This document shows positions 25,005 to 39,060 of a DNA stretch of 64,000 bases, one piece after another (positions within the stretch are counted from its first letter, which is position 1; each line of letters opens with the position of its first letter). The stretch spans positions 62,001 to 126,000 of the forward strand of contig JAWMAR010000715.1 of assembly GCA_036785375.1 (NCBI GenBank), in the 5' to 3' direction. This DNA is from Leucoraja ocellata. Lineage: Eukaryota. The notes beneath the pieces are model-generated. The model saw only the letters and a list, made by a program, of their open reading frames with translations. It was not told the origin of the DNA and did not search any database. The position numbers and the translations under genes were made by a program.

Positions 25005-25601
25005 TTGGTTCTAGGTTTGTCATTTTCAATGCTAAAGCTATTTTGAATGGTGGATTAAGGACATTCTACTAGATCCATAAATTGGCTTGAATGCAATATT
25101 CCTGGACTACATTAATGGCAATTAAGTTTCCACTTGCAAATTGCCCATGGTCAACCGAAGAACATATTTTCACATGACGTACGTTGATGGTGAATCTCCA
25201 GAAATCTTCCTCATTGCATGGGTGGAAACTTTGTGACTGTTTAATCTAGCATGTCAACATTCTTTTCAATTATCCATTCACACTGACAATGTTGGGATGA
25301 AGGTGTGATCAAAAATATTTGAAATGCATGTCTTTCTGAATCCACAATACTGACCTTGCTCAACTCTATGTGGTGGAGTCTGACTGGTTATGGTTGTTTG
25401 ATCTTAAAAGGTTACACCCTGGATATAAGTGCACTCACGCTTGTAGTCTCGTACACTTCCATTCCAGCTAACATTTCCGGAATTTTTAGTTCTTAATTCT
25501 TTTAGGATTCTCTAGCTTGTGATTCCTCGCCTGTGAATTGTCTACTTCCTGATTCAGTTGAGTGACTGAAAGCTATCTTTCCCCTGAAATAGGATGCGAT
25601 C

Positions 25602-25790
25602 TGCTGCAGTAACTCAGTGGGTCAGGCAACATTTCTGGTGAACATGGATAGATGGCTGGAGCAATCTCAAGAAGGGTCTTGATCTGAAACACCACCCCTC
25701 CATGTTCTCCAGAGATGCTGACTGGCCAGCTAAGTTACTCCGGCACGTGATACCTTTCTTTTTGTAAACCAGCATCTGCAGTTCCTTTTA
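25602..25790. mobile_element. Penelope-derived palindromic element (degenerate)
   Basis: AGTAACTCAG...AGTTACTCC arms ending ACCAGCATCTGCAGTTCC. Confidence 0.7.
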
Positions 25791-27388
25791 TCTGCGAATG
25801 TTCACCTACCTGGATTGTGGGATTTGATTTTTCTTGTACACAGGAATTAGTAGCATGAGTTGCTGCTTTAGATGTCTTCGAGAACAAAGAATTGAACACG
25901 GGCTGTTGTTGATGGAGAGCTTATCCTTTCCAAAGAAAGACAGTTTTAACTTTTTTTAATTTTTTTTTTCTGGTCATTGACAATTTTTTAATACCATTGA
26001 AGCCAATTGTCATTTGGATGGCATCTTCGCCTGAAGTACAATAGTGTTCCTTTATTTTGATGACAGCCACAGGGAGTAAGTGGTGACCTTGTTCTACTGA
26101 TCCTACCTTCCCAAAATATGGAATTGTGGAAAGTTAAAGAGATGTAATCCCATTCCACACTTTGGACATTTCTTGGTCTATCGTACATTCAAAATCGGAA
26201 TGTTAGTCGAACATTTGCAGATGACCCATCAGCGGGCCTTAATCAGTTCAGTTCAGTTTTATTTGTCGTATGTAAGTTAACGCAGGGTCAACGGTGCAAT
26301 GAAATGTGTTTGACAAAACAGCGGGTCACCTCAGCAATGATATTACAAGGATAAAATTAAGGTAAAAAAGAATAAGATAAATGTGACATTGGTAAGTAAA
26401 AGACAATAATAAATAAAATAATCAACATGATTAAGCTGTGAGGAAAGTATGTTGACATTTGGTCTTGGGTGGTGTGTTTACCATCTTTTTAGGATGGTTA
26501 TAGAAACACTGCAAATTTAAAAAAATTGTCTCATCTGTACAGAAATTGGGTCTTTGGGTTGCTCTTGGAGGATTGGAGATTTGAGTCTCACTGGAGAAAT
26601 TGTCCAGGTTTACTCTGAAGTTCCATTAGTCATTAAACCACAGGTTTATTCGTCCCTCCTGATGGCTGAAGTGGAAACTCCTGTCCGTGGTGTACTGATA
26701 TAAAGACAATGGTGTATCATGACCCATTCTCCTCCTTCGCCAAGCAGTCAAAACCAGATTAACCAGTTGTTTCGTTCCTGTTTTTATTGCAGCACTCTGT
26801 GTGCTTTCTCCAGAGAGCATTTTAAAGTTTACTGTAAATAGAATGTCTTTGACACATATGAGTCCAGTGATGAGTTTCACTTTACCACTTTGTTCTTCCA
26901 CTGCATGATTAGAGGTTTCAGATGTGAAGAGGAACCTGGGGGGTTTATAAGTGGGGGAGAAATAGTTGTATTGGGCTGGGCTGTCACAGATAAATTCACT
27001 TTGCCTGGCAGAGCATGGCCTTGCCCATCACCTAATTGGTATGGTGTGTCATGATACTGTGCAGACCGCAACCCTGGTATGACCAAGCGATTGCAGGCTC
27101 GCTCATCCCGATCTCAAAGGTGTAGCAGAGTTTGGCGGCATTAAATTAAAATAATTCTTGCTTCATTTCAAGCAACAGGTGCCGGTCTTTCTTTCTGATG
27201 TTGACCAGTTTGCATTTTTCTGTTCCCAGTCTTTGATCTCCAAGGTTATCAGTGAACAAAGTTTAAAGTGTGGGAAGGGTGATTCTGTTGTCGGGGAAGC
27301 TTGGGACAGGGGCGTGTGTCTGCCAACCTTGATATGTTCACTTGTGGGTGGAAGCGGCACATATCTTTTGGGCACATCTATTTGTTTT

Positions 27389-27617
27389 GTGTAAGAAGGA
27401 ACTGCAGATGCTGGTTTGCACTGAAGATAGACACAAAGTGCTAGTGTAACTCAACGGGTCAGGCTGCAGCTCTGGAGAAAAAGGATGGGTGACGTTTCAG
27501 GTCGGAACCCATCTTCAGGCAGGTTCTGAAGAAGAGTCCCAACACGAAACGTCACTCAACAATTTTTTCCAGAGATGCTGCCAGACCAGCTGAGTTTGTG
27601 TCTGGCTGTTTTGTGTG
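27389..27617. mobile_element. Penelope-derived palindromic element
   Basis: AAGGAACTGCAGATGCTGG start; two opposed degenerate hammerhead cores at ~27490-27555. Confidence 0.75.
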
Positions 27618-27900
27618 CCCTGATCCACAATCTAACATTTCTGCACACAGTAAAAAGCTTGCTTTCCATTCATCTTTCTATCCCTCTATCTTCTTTTTGC
27701 TTGTCCTTCCCTCATCTCAACAAAATTATACTCTCAATCGATAAGAACCTTATTTATTGAGGGGGAAAAAAATAGTTGGTGTGGATTAAAAAGTATTTTC
27801 TCTACCAGGTTGCTAGTTCTTTGTCACTTTATAATCCAAGTTTTATCTTGTGCAGGTGCATAAGTGGTCGTCTGGTTGCAATCAACAGTATAATCATGTG

Positions 27901-28080
27901 GACAAAAGTGCTGGAGAAACTCAGCGGGAGCAGCAGCATCTATGGAGCAAAGGAAATGGGCAACGTTTCGACCCGAAACATTGCCTATTTCCTTCACTCC
28001 ATAGATGCTGCTGCACCCGCTGAGTTTCTCCAGCGCTTTTGTCTACCTTCGATTTTCCAGCATCTGCAGTTCCTTCTTAA
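27901..28080. mobile_element. Penelope-derived palindromic element, centre deleted
   Basis: Perfect 17-bp TSD AACAGTATAATCATGTG (27884-27900 / 28081-28097). Confidence 0.88.
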
Positions 28081-28574
28081 AACAGTATAATCATGTGTGT
28101 CCCTATGTTATATAAATGGCTCATATGCCAGGCTGGCCTTGATCTGAGAGCCGTGTCGACACCCTGCAGAGGTAGGACATATTGATTGGCCTTGTTGTGC
28201 TCCTAATTGGCAAATGTTATTTGAACTTGATAGCCACATTGTAAAATGCAGGTTGAAGCTCTCTAGCTCAGTACTCTTTGATTCAGCTACCTCCCTGGTC
28301 TGACATGTTTTGAAAATGCAGGAGTAACTCAGAGGGTTGGGCAGTATCTCTGGAGAAAAGGAATAGGTGACATGTTTTTAATCTGTTGCACTGCTCCGTG
28401 CTAATTAAACATTTTAACTACGATAAATACTGACCTCCAGTTAATATACTCCCCAATGCAACTTTGGGGCAATTCTCGATACCGTTGTGTGATCGAGGGA
28501 GCTTTTGTACTTAATACAAATGCTTAATACTTTTGTACTCCTGCTCAGAGTATTATTATCACAGGGTGGTTTTA

Positions 28575-28860
28575 GATTAGATGTTCAGCGACCAGCGACC
28601 CTCATACACTAACACTATCCTACCTACACACCCACACCCACACCCACACTCTCGATGATTTACAATATTTACAGATGCCTATTACCGCTGCCAGATACAA
28701 ACCTGTATTTAAAAAGTATTTGAAGTGTGGGAGGAAACCGGTGCTTCTGGAGAAAACTCATGGGGAGAATGTACAAACTCCATACAAACAGCACCCGTAG
28801 TCTGGATCCGGGTCACTGGCATTGTAAGGCAGCAACTCTACCACTGTGCCACCGTGCTAC
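28575..28860 (-). mobile_element. HE1-like V-SINE
   Basis: Reverse V-domain and tRNA head. Confidence 0.75.
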
Positions 28861-29369
28861 CCTCTGGCCCAACACCACTTGGGTCCCAAGGGGGCCAGAC
28901 GAAGGAGTTTCAGCCTGTGTTTGTGCCATGGGAGCATATTTTATTGAGACGATTTAAAAGAGAAATGATCCCCTTGGTGTAATGCGGTTCTGGACCTGGG
29001 CAGCAATGGCAAAGTGACCTTCAACTCTCTGCATACTGTTATTAATGAAGGGCTTCTACAGACCCTCTGGGTGCCTAGCAACAGGTGCGTCTCTGTTAGT
29101 TAAGAATGTACTTGCAAGTGCAGGTTGCCTTGAATATTCCTTTGTCTGTAGTTTGGCAAGAGATTAGAAACATTCTACTTTCAAGGCTCTAACAAACCTC
29201 AATTCTTTTGATATTCAGTGATTCAGATGTTTAATGCAACTTACAGTGGTGACTTCTGAATGCAGGCAGTTCCTGCTATAGGAGATTGGCAGCCTTTTGT
29301 TGCACCAAGTGGATAACATTCATGGGATTGAACTGAACACTCGAGTGTTTTAGTATCATATGTACCGAA

Positions 29370-29790
29370 ACAGAGCAATGAAATTCTTACTTGCAGCAGC
29401 ACAACAGAGTTGCAAATGCAGTAGATAATATAATAAACAAACGTAAAAAAGACCTTCAATAAAAATAATAATATTATGCAAAAACAAAATCGTGCAACCA
29501 AGGCAGTTTTGAGTTTAGCTGGAGTTTGTATTGTTCAGAGGCCTAATGGCCGTTGGGAAGAAGCTGCTTCTGACCTGTATGTTACCGTTTTCAGGTTCCT
29601 ATACCACCTTCCCAATGGTAGGAATGTGGCCAGGGTGGAGTGGGTCCTTTATGACATTGGCTACCATTTTGAGATGGTGCCACTTATAGATCCCTTCAAT
29701 AATGGACTGGGCTGTGGTCACCTCTTTTTGTAAACTCCTTGGTTCCTGGGCATTTGAGTTGCCAAACCAGGCTGTGATGCAGCTAGTCAA
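29370..29790 (-). mobile_element. Rex1/Babar 3' fragment
   Basis: ILTSCITAWFGNS...LQKEVTTAQSII...IKDPLHPGH (ORF 29599..29826). Confidence 0.75.
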
Positions 29791-30883
29791 TATCACGGGG
29801 AGAACGTACAAAGTCTGTACCGACAAAGATTAGCTTGAAGTTCCTTAGTACGAATCGAACCCGGATCTCTGGCGCTGCAAGGCAGTAGTTCTACCTCTAC
29901 GCCACCATGCTGACCTTCTGTGGCTCTTAAATAGTGCTAAGCACCTACCTATTTGTGTCTTCCTAACATGGACTGAATCTGTGGGATGGTTACAGATCTA
30001 TCACCAATGTTGTTTTGGGACTGAGGTGATGGTGCACTGGTTTTTGTCTCTTTACACATGAAGGTTCAATAACTAAAGATTTAAAAGTCCTTTGGACAGG
30101 CGAATGGATTGGAAATGTTTGGAGGGATGGTGGCGGTGGCATGGTGGTGAATCTCTGGAATTCTCTGCCACAGAAGGTAGTTGAGGCCAGTTCAATGGCT
30201 ATATTTAAGAGGGAGTTAGATGTGGCCCTTGTGGCTAAAGGGATCAGGGGGTATGGAGAGAAGGCAGGTACAGGATACTGAGTTGTATGATCAGCCATGA
30301 TCATATTGAATGGTGGTGCCGGCTCGAAGGGCCGAATGGCTTACTCCTGCACTATGTTTCTATATGGGCCAAATGCAGGCAAACAGGACTAGCTGAGATT
30401 GGGTACCTTGGTCAGGCTGAACGGCCAGTTTTCATGCCATGATTTGTATTATCATTATGAAACTTTTTTTATCGCCTAGTTAGCACGGAACAAAAGTTTT
30501 TCCCACTGGATCTCGGAACACATGACAAAGTAAACTAGACCATTATTGATAAAAGCACAGTGCTTGCATTTCCAAGCCAAAGTGTTGTTTGGAAGATGCT
30601 GTCAGAGTACTGAGGCAACTAACCACAGCACATGGTGCGCTGGTGTTGGACAACATGTTAGATGGAGTCTGGACTGTCAGTCATATCATTCATCTTGGTG
30701 TTGAACTTCCTGGGTATTGCTGGAGTTGTGCTGGTGCAGGCAAGTGGAGAAGATTCCATCACACACCTGCCTTCCAGATGAAGGACTAGCTTTTGTGTTG
30801 GGGTGGGAGTGACTTGTCACAGCTAATATGCCTCTGACCTGCTGTTGTAGCTCAGTATTTCATAAGTCTTAGCAGCAGAATTA

Positions 30884-31201
30884 TGGCCCTGTCCCATTGT
30901 ACGAGTTCATTCAAGAGTTCTCCTGAGTTTGCCCTGATTCGAACTCGGAGATTTATGGTAATGGCAGCTCATGGGTACTCGGGGCTGTCGTGGACATTTT
31001 TCAACATGTTGAAAAATCTCCACGAGTCTTCCCGAGCTAACCGCGATTTCAGAGTACCTGCCGTTAGCATTACGAGCTGCTAAGAGACGTCCTGAGCTCC
31101 TACGTACCCGCTACGTACATTCTACGTGCTTCCATGAGTTTGATTTTTTCTTTTTAACTCTGGAGAGCTCTTGAATGAACTCGTACAGTTGGACAGCCCC
31201 A
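30884..31201. mobile_element. Complete Harbinger-like MITE inserted in a CR1 tail
   Basis: ~39-bp TIRs (TGGCCCTGTCCCATTGTACGAGTTCATTCAAGAG / CTCTTGAATGAACTCGTACAGTTGGACAGCCCCA); TTA and TAA flanks. Removing the element and one flank restores the CR1 motif GCAGAATTAGGCCATTC. Confidence 0.85.
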
Positions 31202-32027
31202 TAAGGCCATTCAGCTAATCAACGGATTCCACAGATTCACCATCCTCGGACTAAAAAAATCCCTCCTCATTTCCTATCAAAAGATACGTCCTTTTATTCG
31301 GAGGCTGTGCCCCTTGGTTCTGGACTCTCCCACTCGTAGGAACATCCTCTCCTCATCCACTCTATCCTGGCATTTCTCTATTCAGCAAAGTTTAATGAGG
31401 TCCCCCACTGTCCTTCCAAACTCCAGCAAGTACGAGTCCAGAGGCATCAAACACTCATCGTACGTGTTTATCTAGCTGGTTTAGTTCACTGCTGGTTAGT
31501 GGGCTTCCTACTCTCCTCTTCACACACGAGGGCGTTGAAGATGAAGAGAATGCCCTTGAATATCATGGGGAAGTGGTTGGGTTCCTCACTTGGAGATGAT
31601 CATTTCTGAGGCATAAGTTAATGGCCACGTGTTGCCCTCCCATGACTGGGTGTGGTGTGGGTCTGGCTGTGTGCAGGCACGGTCTGCATTGTTCTAGTGT
31701 GCTGCAGAGATGTAAATAGAATTGAAAATTATGTAATCCTCGGCGAATGTGCCCACGACTGACCTTGTGATGAAAGGGAGGCCAACAGCGAGACAGCTGA
31801 ACATGGTTGGTACCAAGGACCTCCTGCGGTTTGATGACTGAGTCGTCTGGTCAGTAATTAGTTGGATTGGGGTTGACTTGCTCTTTGTGAGCAGAATGTA
31901 ACCGGGTAGTTTTTTTGCGTTGTTGGGTCGAAGCCAGTGTCCTGGCTGCACTGTAACAATTTGGCGGGTGCTACAGCTGTTCTGGAGCGCAAGCATTCAG
32001 TGCCACAGTTGGAATGTTGTCTGGTAC

Positions 32028-32192
32028 TGTGTAGTGAGGAACTGCAGGTGCTGGTTTACACCGAAGATGGACAAAATGCTGGAGTAACTCAGCGGGTCTG
32101 AAGAAGGGTTTCAACCTGAAAAGTCACCTATTCCTTTTCTCCAGAGATCCTGCCTGACCTGCTGAGTTACTCCAGCATTTTATGTCTGTTTT
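32028..32192. mobile_element. Penelope-derived element with hammerhead core
   Basis: GGGT-CTGAAGA-AGGGTTTCAACCT-GAAAA-GTC-ACCT; 13-bp TSD TGTTGTCTGGTAC (32015-32027 / 32193-32205). Confidence 0.82.
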
Positions 32193-34354
32193 TGTTGTCT
32201 GGTACCATTGTTCCTCTCCCCTCTTTATGTGGAGTACTTCAAATTAGCTTCAGTCTTGCTCTCACAGTTGTTGGGATCTCTGGAGATTCTCTTTCTCTCA
32301 TTCACACTCACGCTCTCTCTCTCTCACTCTCTCTCTTCCCTCTCTCCCCCTCTCCTTGTGTTATGCAGCTGAGGTGTCATTTACTCTGAAGTCGCGACTC
32401 CAAACAAGCCTTGAGCCACCGTTCAGGAGGGGCTGTCTTGGAAATTTGATGCCCTACACTGCTGCTGTTACAATCCAGCATCAAGTTTCAGAATGGAAGG
32501 TCAAAGCTTGTTTGAAATTGAGACTTCAAGTTCAAGTTTATTGTCATGCGTGCAAGTACATGGAGGTGCAGCTACAATGAAAATCTTGCTCGCAGCAGCA
32601 TCACAGTCACGTCGACTCAGACAAACACACACAAATAAATTATACATCAATTACAACAATTCAAGAAGACAGACTGCAAAAAAAAAAACCCCACAACATT
32701 CGCGTAAAATCTTCATCCAGCCAGATTGACAACCTGGATAGTTTCTTGCAACATCCCAACCTTCAAGTAGATTTTACAGTGAAGATGCTTTGCAAGTATT
32801 TAGTTGAAGCTGCTTCATCCTGATTGTGAATGATGCTTGTTTTTGTGTAGTATGTTTCACACCTTCTCTTCTCAAGGCATTAAGGATCAGAGTTTTCTGA
32901 AGTATCGCTCTTTAAGGCAGAATTTAAGGACATTTTGAAGCTGGTTGTCTATACCTAGTCTGTGGCTTTTTAGTGCATCCACTGTAACACTTGGGAAGCA
33001 GTTTCTGAAGCATTTTGGAATGTTTTTCTTTGTTAGATGTTTCCATGTGTGCTTTGTTTTGTTCAATGGGATTGTGGCAGCAGATGGAAAGCAACAGCTA
33101 GGTCCAGGGCAACCCTACAGAGTGGAGCACATCTGGCCATTGGACTCTGGTGCTGGAGAAATAGCACAGCCCGCAGATGTTGGTTCATCTGATAGTCTAC
33201 TGTCAGCCTGATGTGTGTGAATGCAGGAGGCTTTGTTTGATAGTCCTCCAAAGAGCTGATTTAAAACCAAGGCCATTGCCGAGTGATTCAATTATCTTGG
33301 TAGTAGATGGAGGTTAATGTTTGCTTCCCATCCAATTTATTCATTTAGTGATCTAACCATATTGCAAGATGGCGCTGGGACGTGGCAACTCTTTGCAAGA
33401 AGATCTACTATTATTCACAACAATCGCTCGACTCTCTTAAATCTCCATTTGTCTTTTTGCTCCATAAGGCTCAATTTCTGCTCCTCTGGGAGTAGAATTA
33501 GGCCATTTGGCCCATCAAGTCTACTCTGCCTTTCAATCATGGCTGATCTATCCTTCTCTCTTAACCTCATTCTCCTCCCTATAACCCCTGACACCCCCTA
33601 CTAATCAAGAATCTGTAAATCTCTACCGTAAAAATATCCATTGATTGGCCTCCACAACCATCTGCGGCAATGAATTGCACAAATTTACCACCTTCTGACT
33701 GAAGAAATTCCTCCATCTCCTTTCTAAAGGTACATCCTTTTATTCTGGGGCTGAAATAATTAGTTGCTTGCCAGGGACATAACATATAGAACTTGTATAT
33801 TTTGGATAATGAATTTTGTCTATCTGGCTACTGGCAAAATCAAATTGGTTTTAAAAAAAAAAGTTGTTTTTTGTTTCAACGTGAGTAAATTTCACTCTCA
33901 ATTTTTCTCACTCATTAACAATCTTGTTAAATTAAAGGAGGGTTTTTTTTTTATTGGTCTTGTTGCTTCTGTTTGACCTTGGGGAAGGAGCAAACATGTT
34001 GAGCCAGTTTATAAAATTTACTCACCAGCATGGCCTTAAGTGCTAGCTTATGGCAATTAAAACTGTGATGAATGAACTTTGACAGAAGTCCAACAGCAGC
34101 AGCAGTAATAACTATCTATTGCATATTCTTCCTCTTAAAGCAGAACGTGTTAGTCTCTCTTTGACTTTAATCCCCATGTTTAAAGTGATGGGGAAATAGA
34201 TGCTAGTTGTATATGTGGTGTGTGTTATCTTTGTGTGACTGCTCTGAGACCTGAGGATGGTGGGACTAAATTGATAGCACTAACTAACTGAAATAGGAAT
34301 TGCAATTAAAAACAATTGCAGAGGCACAAAACTAGGAAGAACTGACTGGAAAGA

Positions 34355-34622
34355 TTGGCAAGGCCGCCTTTGAAATATTGTGAGCAGTTTTGGGAACTAT
34401 ATCTGAGGAAGGATGTGCTGGCTGTGAAGAGGGTCCAGACGAGGTTTACAAGAATGATCCCAGGAATGAGTAGGTTAACCTACGATGAGGGTTTGTCGGC
34501 ATTGGGCCTGGACTCACTGGAGTTCAGAAGAATGAGAGGAGGATCAGCCATGATTGAATGGCGGAGTGGACTTGATGGGCTTTATGGCCTAATTCTACTC
34601 CCATTCCTTATGACCTTATGAC
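34355..34622 (+). mobile_element. CR1 LINE fragment, internally deleted
   Basis: ARPPLKYCEQFW..YLRKDVLAVKRVQTRFTRMIPG joined directly to 3' UTR. Confidence 0.85.
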
Positions 34623-34855
34623 ATGATTGAAGAACAATAAAACAACTGTACGTTTGAAATTGAAATAACATACTGAAAACTCCTGAAATGTTAACTGTTT
34701 CTCTCTCCACAAATGTTGCCTGATCTAGTGATTATTCCCAATGCTGCTTTTGTTTGCTCAGCAAGGAGCCAGTTTGGATTTGCTGGGCCAAATGGCCACC
34801 TATGCTGTTGCAATGCTCTGATTTCTATAAGCAATGGTATTTGTTTGTAAATTGA

Positions 34856-35160
34856 AGTTTAGTTTAGCTTAGAGATACATCGCGGAAACAGGGCCTTCGG
34901 CCCACCACAGGCGTCGACCAGCGATCCCCATACACTAACACTATTCTACACACTTGGGGCAATTTACAAATGTTTACTGAAGCCATTTTACCTACCAACC
35001 TGAACGTCCTTCAAGTGTGGGAGGAAACCGGAACATCTTGGGGAAAACCCACATGGTCACAGGGAGAATGTACATACGATGTACAGAGACAGCACCTGTT
35101 GTCAGGATTGAACCTAGGTCTCTGGCGCTGTAAGGCAGCAACTCTACTGCTGCGCCACCC
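34856..35160 (-). mobile_element. HE1-like V-SINE
   Basis: (TTTAG)n tail, V-domain and tRNA head on the reverse strand. Confidence 0.8.
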
Positions 35161-37264
35161 TGTTGTGGATAGGTATCATGTGCTTTGTGGATGGCTCGCC
35201 TGAACCAGCTGGCCTACTGAGTTACCTGTGCTGGAACTAAGCAAATATATATGAAACCTGCTCCCGAGCTCGACAAATCAGGTTGCCCCCAGGACAGGCA
35301 GAGCAACATAATTCACCATCCTTCATTCTGTGGCAACTCCCTCTAAGTCCCGGTTGATATAAAAGTGAGTCATAGTGATATAGCACAGAAGATGCACCAC
35401 AAGAATGCAACTAATATCATCAAAGACCCATACCACCATGGCCACGCCCTCATCTCACTGTTGCTATTGGGAAGAAGGCATGGGGGCTGAGAAACAGTTG
35501 CCTCCAGGATCAAGAATAGCTTCTTCCCATCAACAATCTGGCTCTTGAACCATCCTGCACAACCTAACCACAACCTAATTTCATGGCAGTTGTATAAGAT
35601 TACTCTACATTGGTCAAATCCTGATAACTAACCTAGTGACTTGCCAAATCAAGTGCCCCCTTCTCTCAACCTACCTGGGCCGAACAAACTATCTCTCAGT
35701 CTGAAGAAGGGTCTTGACCCGAAATGCCACATGTTCCTTTTCTCCAGAGATGCTGCCTGACCTGCTCCAGCATTTTGTGTCTATCTTCTAACAAACTGTC
35801 CATGTGTACACAATCTAGATTGGTGATTCCAGTCCTTACAAATGAAATCACCACTTTTCACACTTGCCAATTCTCTCCCGACCCACATTGCTGCTTGATG
35901 ATGCGATGAACTGCTGCTTTTAAGAAATTGGGCTGTTCCATGAATGGCGCGTGTACCGAGCTGTTTCACCATTGATGAATCTTCTAACAAAATTCAATCC
36001 ACACAGATGCTCTTGCCTTTCAAATGCATCTTGGGTTGGGAACCACTGAGCCATTGAAAGTTTTCTATTTAGAATTGTCAAAGTAGTTTTCTCCAACCCT
36101 CATCTATTGTGATAATTTAATGTCTGTTACCGTGAATATATGCCTGGGGCCATTACTCGTTTTTGCTCTTTCACCTCCCATGTGTGGAGATCTGTACTAA
36201 ACGCTCTTCGTTGATTTGAACCAAATCACTGTTCATAAGTTACAGGACCAGACTTGGGCCCTTCGGCCCATTAAGTCTACTCCGCCATTCAATCGCGGCT
36301 GATTTACCTTTCTCTCTCAACCCCATTCTCCAGCTTTTTCCCCGAAGCCCCTGACGCCCGTACTAATCAAGAATCACTTCCACTGGTTGTGGAACTTGGT
36401 TTACTTGGGAACAGTGGATTTTGTATTAAATGATTTTTTAAATGGGGAAATCTATCTGATTTCAAAGCCTTCTGACTTTCCATTCCTCCAGCTTTGGCCC
36501 CTTATTACTCCCTCCCTGGTGGCAACACCAACCATGACATTGGTGTTGAGTCACTAAATCCGTCTCCTTTCATTTATCTCCTCTTTACAACGGTCTGTTC
36601 AAACTGTTGGCCATCTCCATGATACATGGTTAGATACCAGCTTTTGCTTCATGGCCCAGTGAAATTGATGCTAAAGATGCCATATTGAGGTTGAATTATA
36701 TTCAAATCACTAATAATGTTAACTGAGCTTTGTGAACATTGAGTAACATTACTGATGGTTTTGCAAGGATAGGGACAGGACTACATGTATTTTTTACGTG
36801 GGCAAAGTTTAAAGGAGATATGCAGGGCAAGTTTTGCTCTTATAATGCAGGGAGTGGAGGGTGCCTGGAACGCCCTGCCATGGTGGTAGTGGAGGCAGAT
36901 GCGATAGTGGCTTTTTAGGTTTGAATAGATAAGATGAGAATAGAGGGATGTGGTTGTGTACAGGCAGATAAGATTAGCTTAGCTTGGCATCATGTTTGGC
37001 ATACATTGCCAAGTTAAACTAAATTAATCTGCCTTTATGCGATCCATATCCCTACTTTCCCCAACTTATCCATATTCCTACGCTGTACTGTCTGTTTCAC
37101 AAGCAGTGTGTAATCATTAAATATAGGCATTAAGATTTAATTCTTAAAAGTTCATGAAGGTCACAGCCTAGTTGGCTTGTGTTTATTATTTTCACATGTA
37201 CTGAGGTACAGTGAAAAGTTTTGTTTTGCATGTTTATTTTAATATAGCTTGTTTCTTTTAACTG

Positions 37265-37780
37265 CACAAATGGTGCAGCGGGTAGAGCTGCTGCTTCACA
37301 GCACCAGTAACCTGTGTTTGAACCTGACCCCAGGAGCTATCTGTGTGGAGTTTGCATGTTCTCCCTGTGATCTTGTGGGTTTCCTCTGGATGGTCTGGTT
37401 TCCTCCCACATCCCAAAGACACGAGGGTTTACAGATTAAGCTTGTGGGTGTGGGTGGGTGTGTGTCAGATGAGAAAGTGAAAAAACATAGCACTAGTGTG
37501 AGCAGATGACCGATGGCTGATGTGGACCCGGTGGGCTGGAAAGAACTGCAGATGCTGCTTTAAATCGAAGGTAAACACAAAATGCTGGAGTAATTCAGCA
37601 GGACAGGCAGCATCTCTGGAGAGAAGGAATGGGTGACGTTTTGGGTCGAGACCCTTCTTCAGATTGATGTCATGGGAGTGGGTGGGACAGAGATAGAATG
37701 TAGTCGGAGACAGTAAGACTGGTGAGGGGAGGGGATGGAGAGAGAGCGAAAGCATGGACTATATGAAATTAGAGAAATAT
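37265..37780. mobile_element. HE1-like SINE (+, 37265-37535) abutting a Penelope-derived element (37538-37780)
   Basis: V-domain TGTGGAGTTTGCATGTTCTCCC, then the AACTGCAGATGCT...GACCCTTCTTCAG arm and purine-rich pLTR body. Confidence 0.75.
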
Positions 37781-38519
37781 TGGAGTGTGTGGCTTATCTT
37801 TGCAGTGCTGGAAGAATAAACTACAATGAAATGTCTTTTCTCATCTGCTGTGTAACTTTTAGCGTGTCATTCAGCGAGATCAAACGGATATAATTTGATA
37901 TTTTGGTGGCCATGCATGTGAGGTGGGTAATTCAGTGGGATTAGTGAATCAAGTGGTTTTTGGGCTGAGCTTGCACAGCAACATTTACCATTGCGTTTTG
38001 AGATAGACTTGTACAGATTAAAGAAACTGAACATATTTTTCAGAGCCCATTTCGGTTCGAGGATAAACACAACAAACTCCTTTTTATTGTTAATGGTTTT
38101 GAGTTACACAGTTGACTTGCCACTCTCACCAAACTCTCCCAGCTGGTCCGTGAGTATTAGATGCAACCTGGCGTGTTAATCTTGCACTGTGGGAAAGATT
38201 TTTCTGGGAGCTCATTTACAGTTCAAGGAAGCTATAATTTCTTCACACTAAGTCTCAGACACGGTGTCTACATCGTAACATGAGAATTTAACGCTTAGCT
38301 AGTTTCCCTTTGTAAAACCTTTTTCTGCTCTAACTAATTGCAACTTAACTGGGCAGATGCATTATGAAATTAGGTTGAGATTACTTTTAGACATTGTCAA
38401 TATGTAATTACATTTCCCTCAAAATGTGAATAATTTTATATATGAAACTGATGCCATGGAGATTAAATGTTTGACCAATAGCTTTTTTCATTGTTTGCCA
38501 TTCCCAAACCATTCAAATA

Positions 38520-39060
38520 CTGGAGGTCATGGCTTTAAGGTGAGAGGGGTAAAGTTTAATGGAGTAGTTTAGCGATACAGCGCGGAAACTGCCCACCGAG
38601 CCGCGCCGACCAGCAATCCTGCACATTAACGCTATCCTACACACACTACATTTACACCAAGCCAATTAACATACAAACCTGTACGTCTTTGGAATGTGGG
38701 AGGAAACCGAAGATCTTGGAGAAAACCCATGCAGGTCACAGGGAGAACGTACAAACTCCGTACAGACAGCACCTGTAGTTGGGATTGAAACCGGGTTTCT
38801 GGCGCTGTGAGGCAGTAAGTAGCTCTACCGCTGCGCCCCTGTGCGGAGCAAACTTTCTAAAGAGGGTAGTGTGTGCCTGGAATGTGCTGCCATGAATGGT
38901 GGTGGAGGCGGATACTATAAAGTCATTTGGAAAGGCAAGTGGATATGTAAGGGAAAATAAGGATATGGGTGTTATTCAGGTAGATAAGTGATAGTCTTGG
39001 CATCATGTTCGGCACAGATATTGTGGGCCGAAAGGACTGTTCTTGTGCTGCACTGTTCTA
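38520..39060. mobile_element. CR1 3' end (+) interrupted by an HE1-like SINE (-, ~38566-38837)
   Basis: CR1 sequence resumes after a well-preserved reverse SINE. Confidence 0.8.

Noticed and set aside
36940-37075. Imperfect inverted repeat
   Set aside because: Two CR1 3' UTR tails joined in opposite orientation; an ordinary TE rearrangement.
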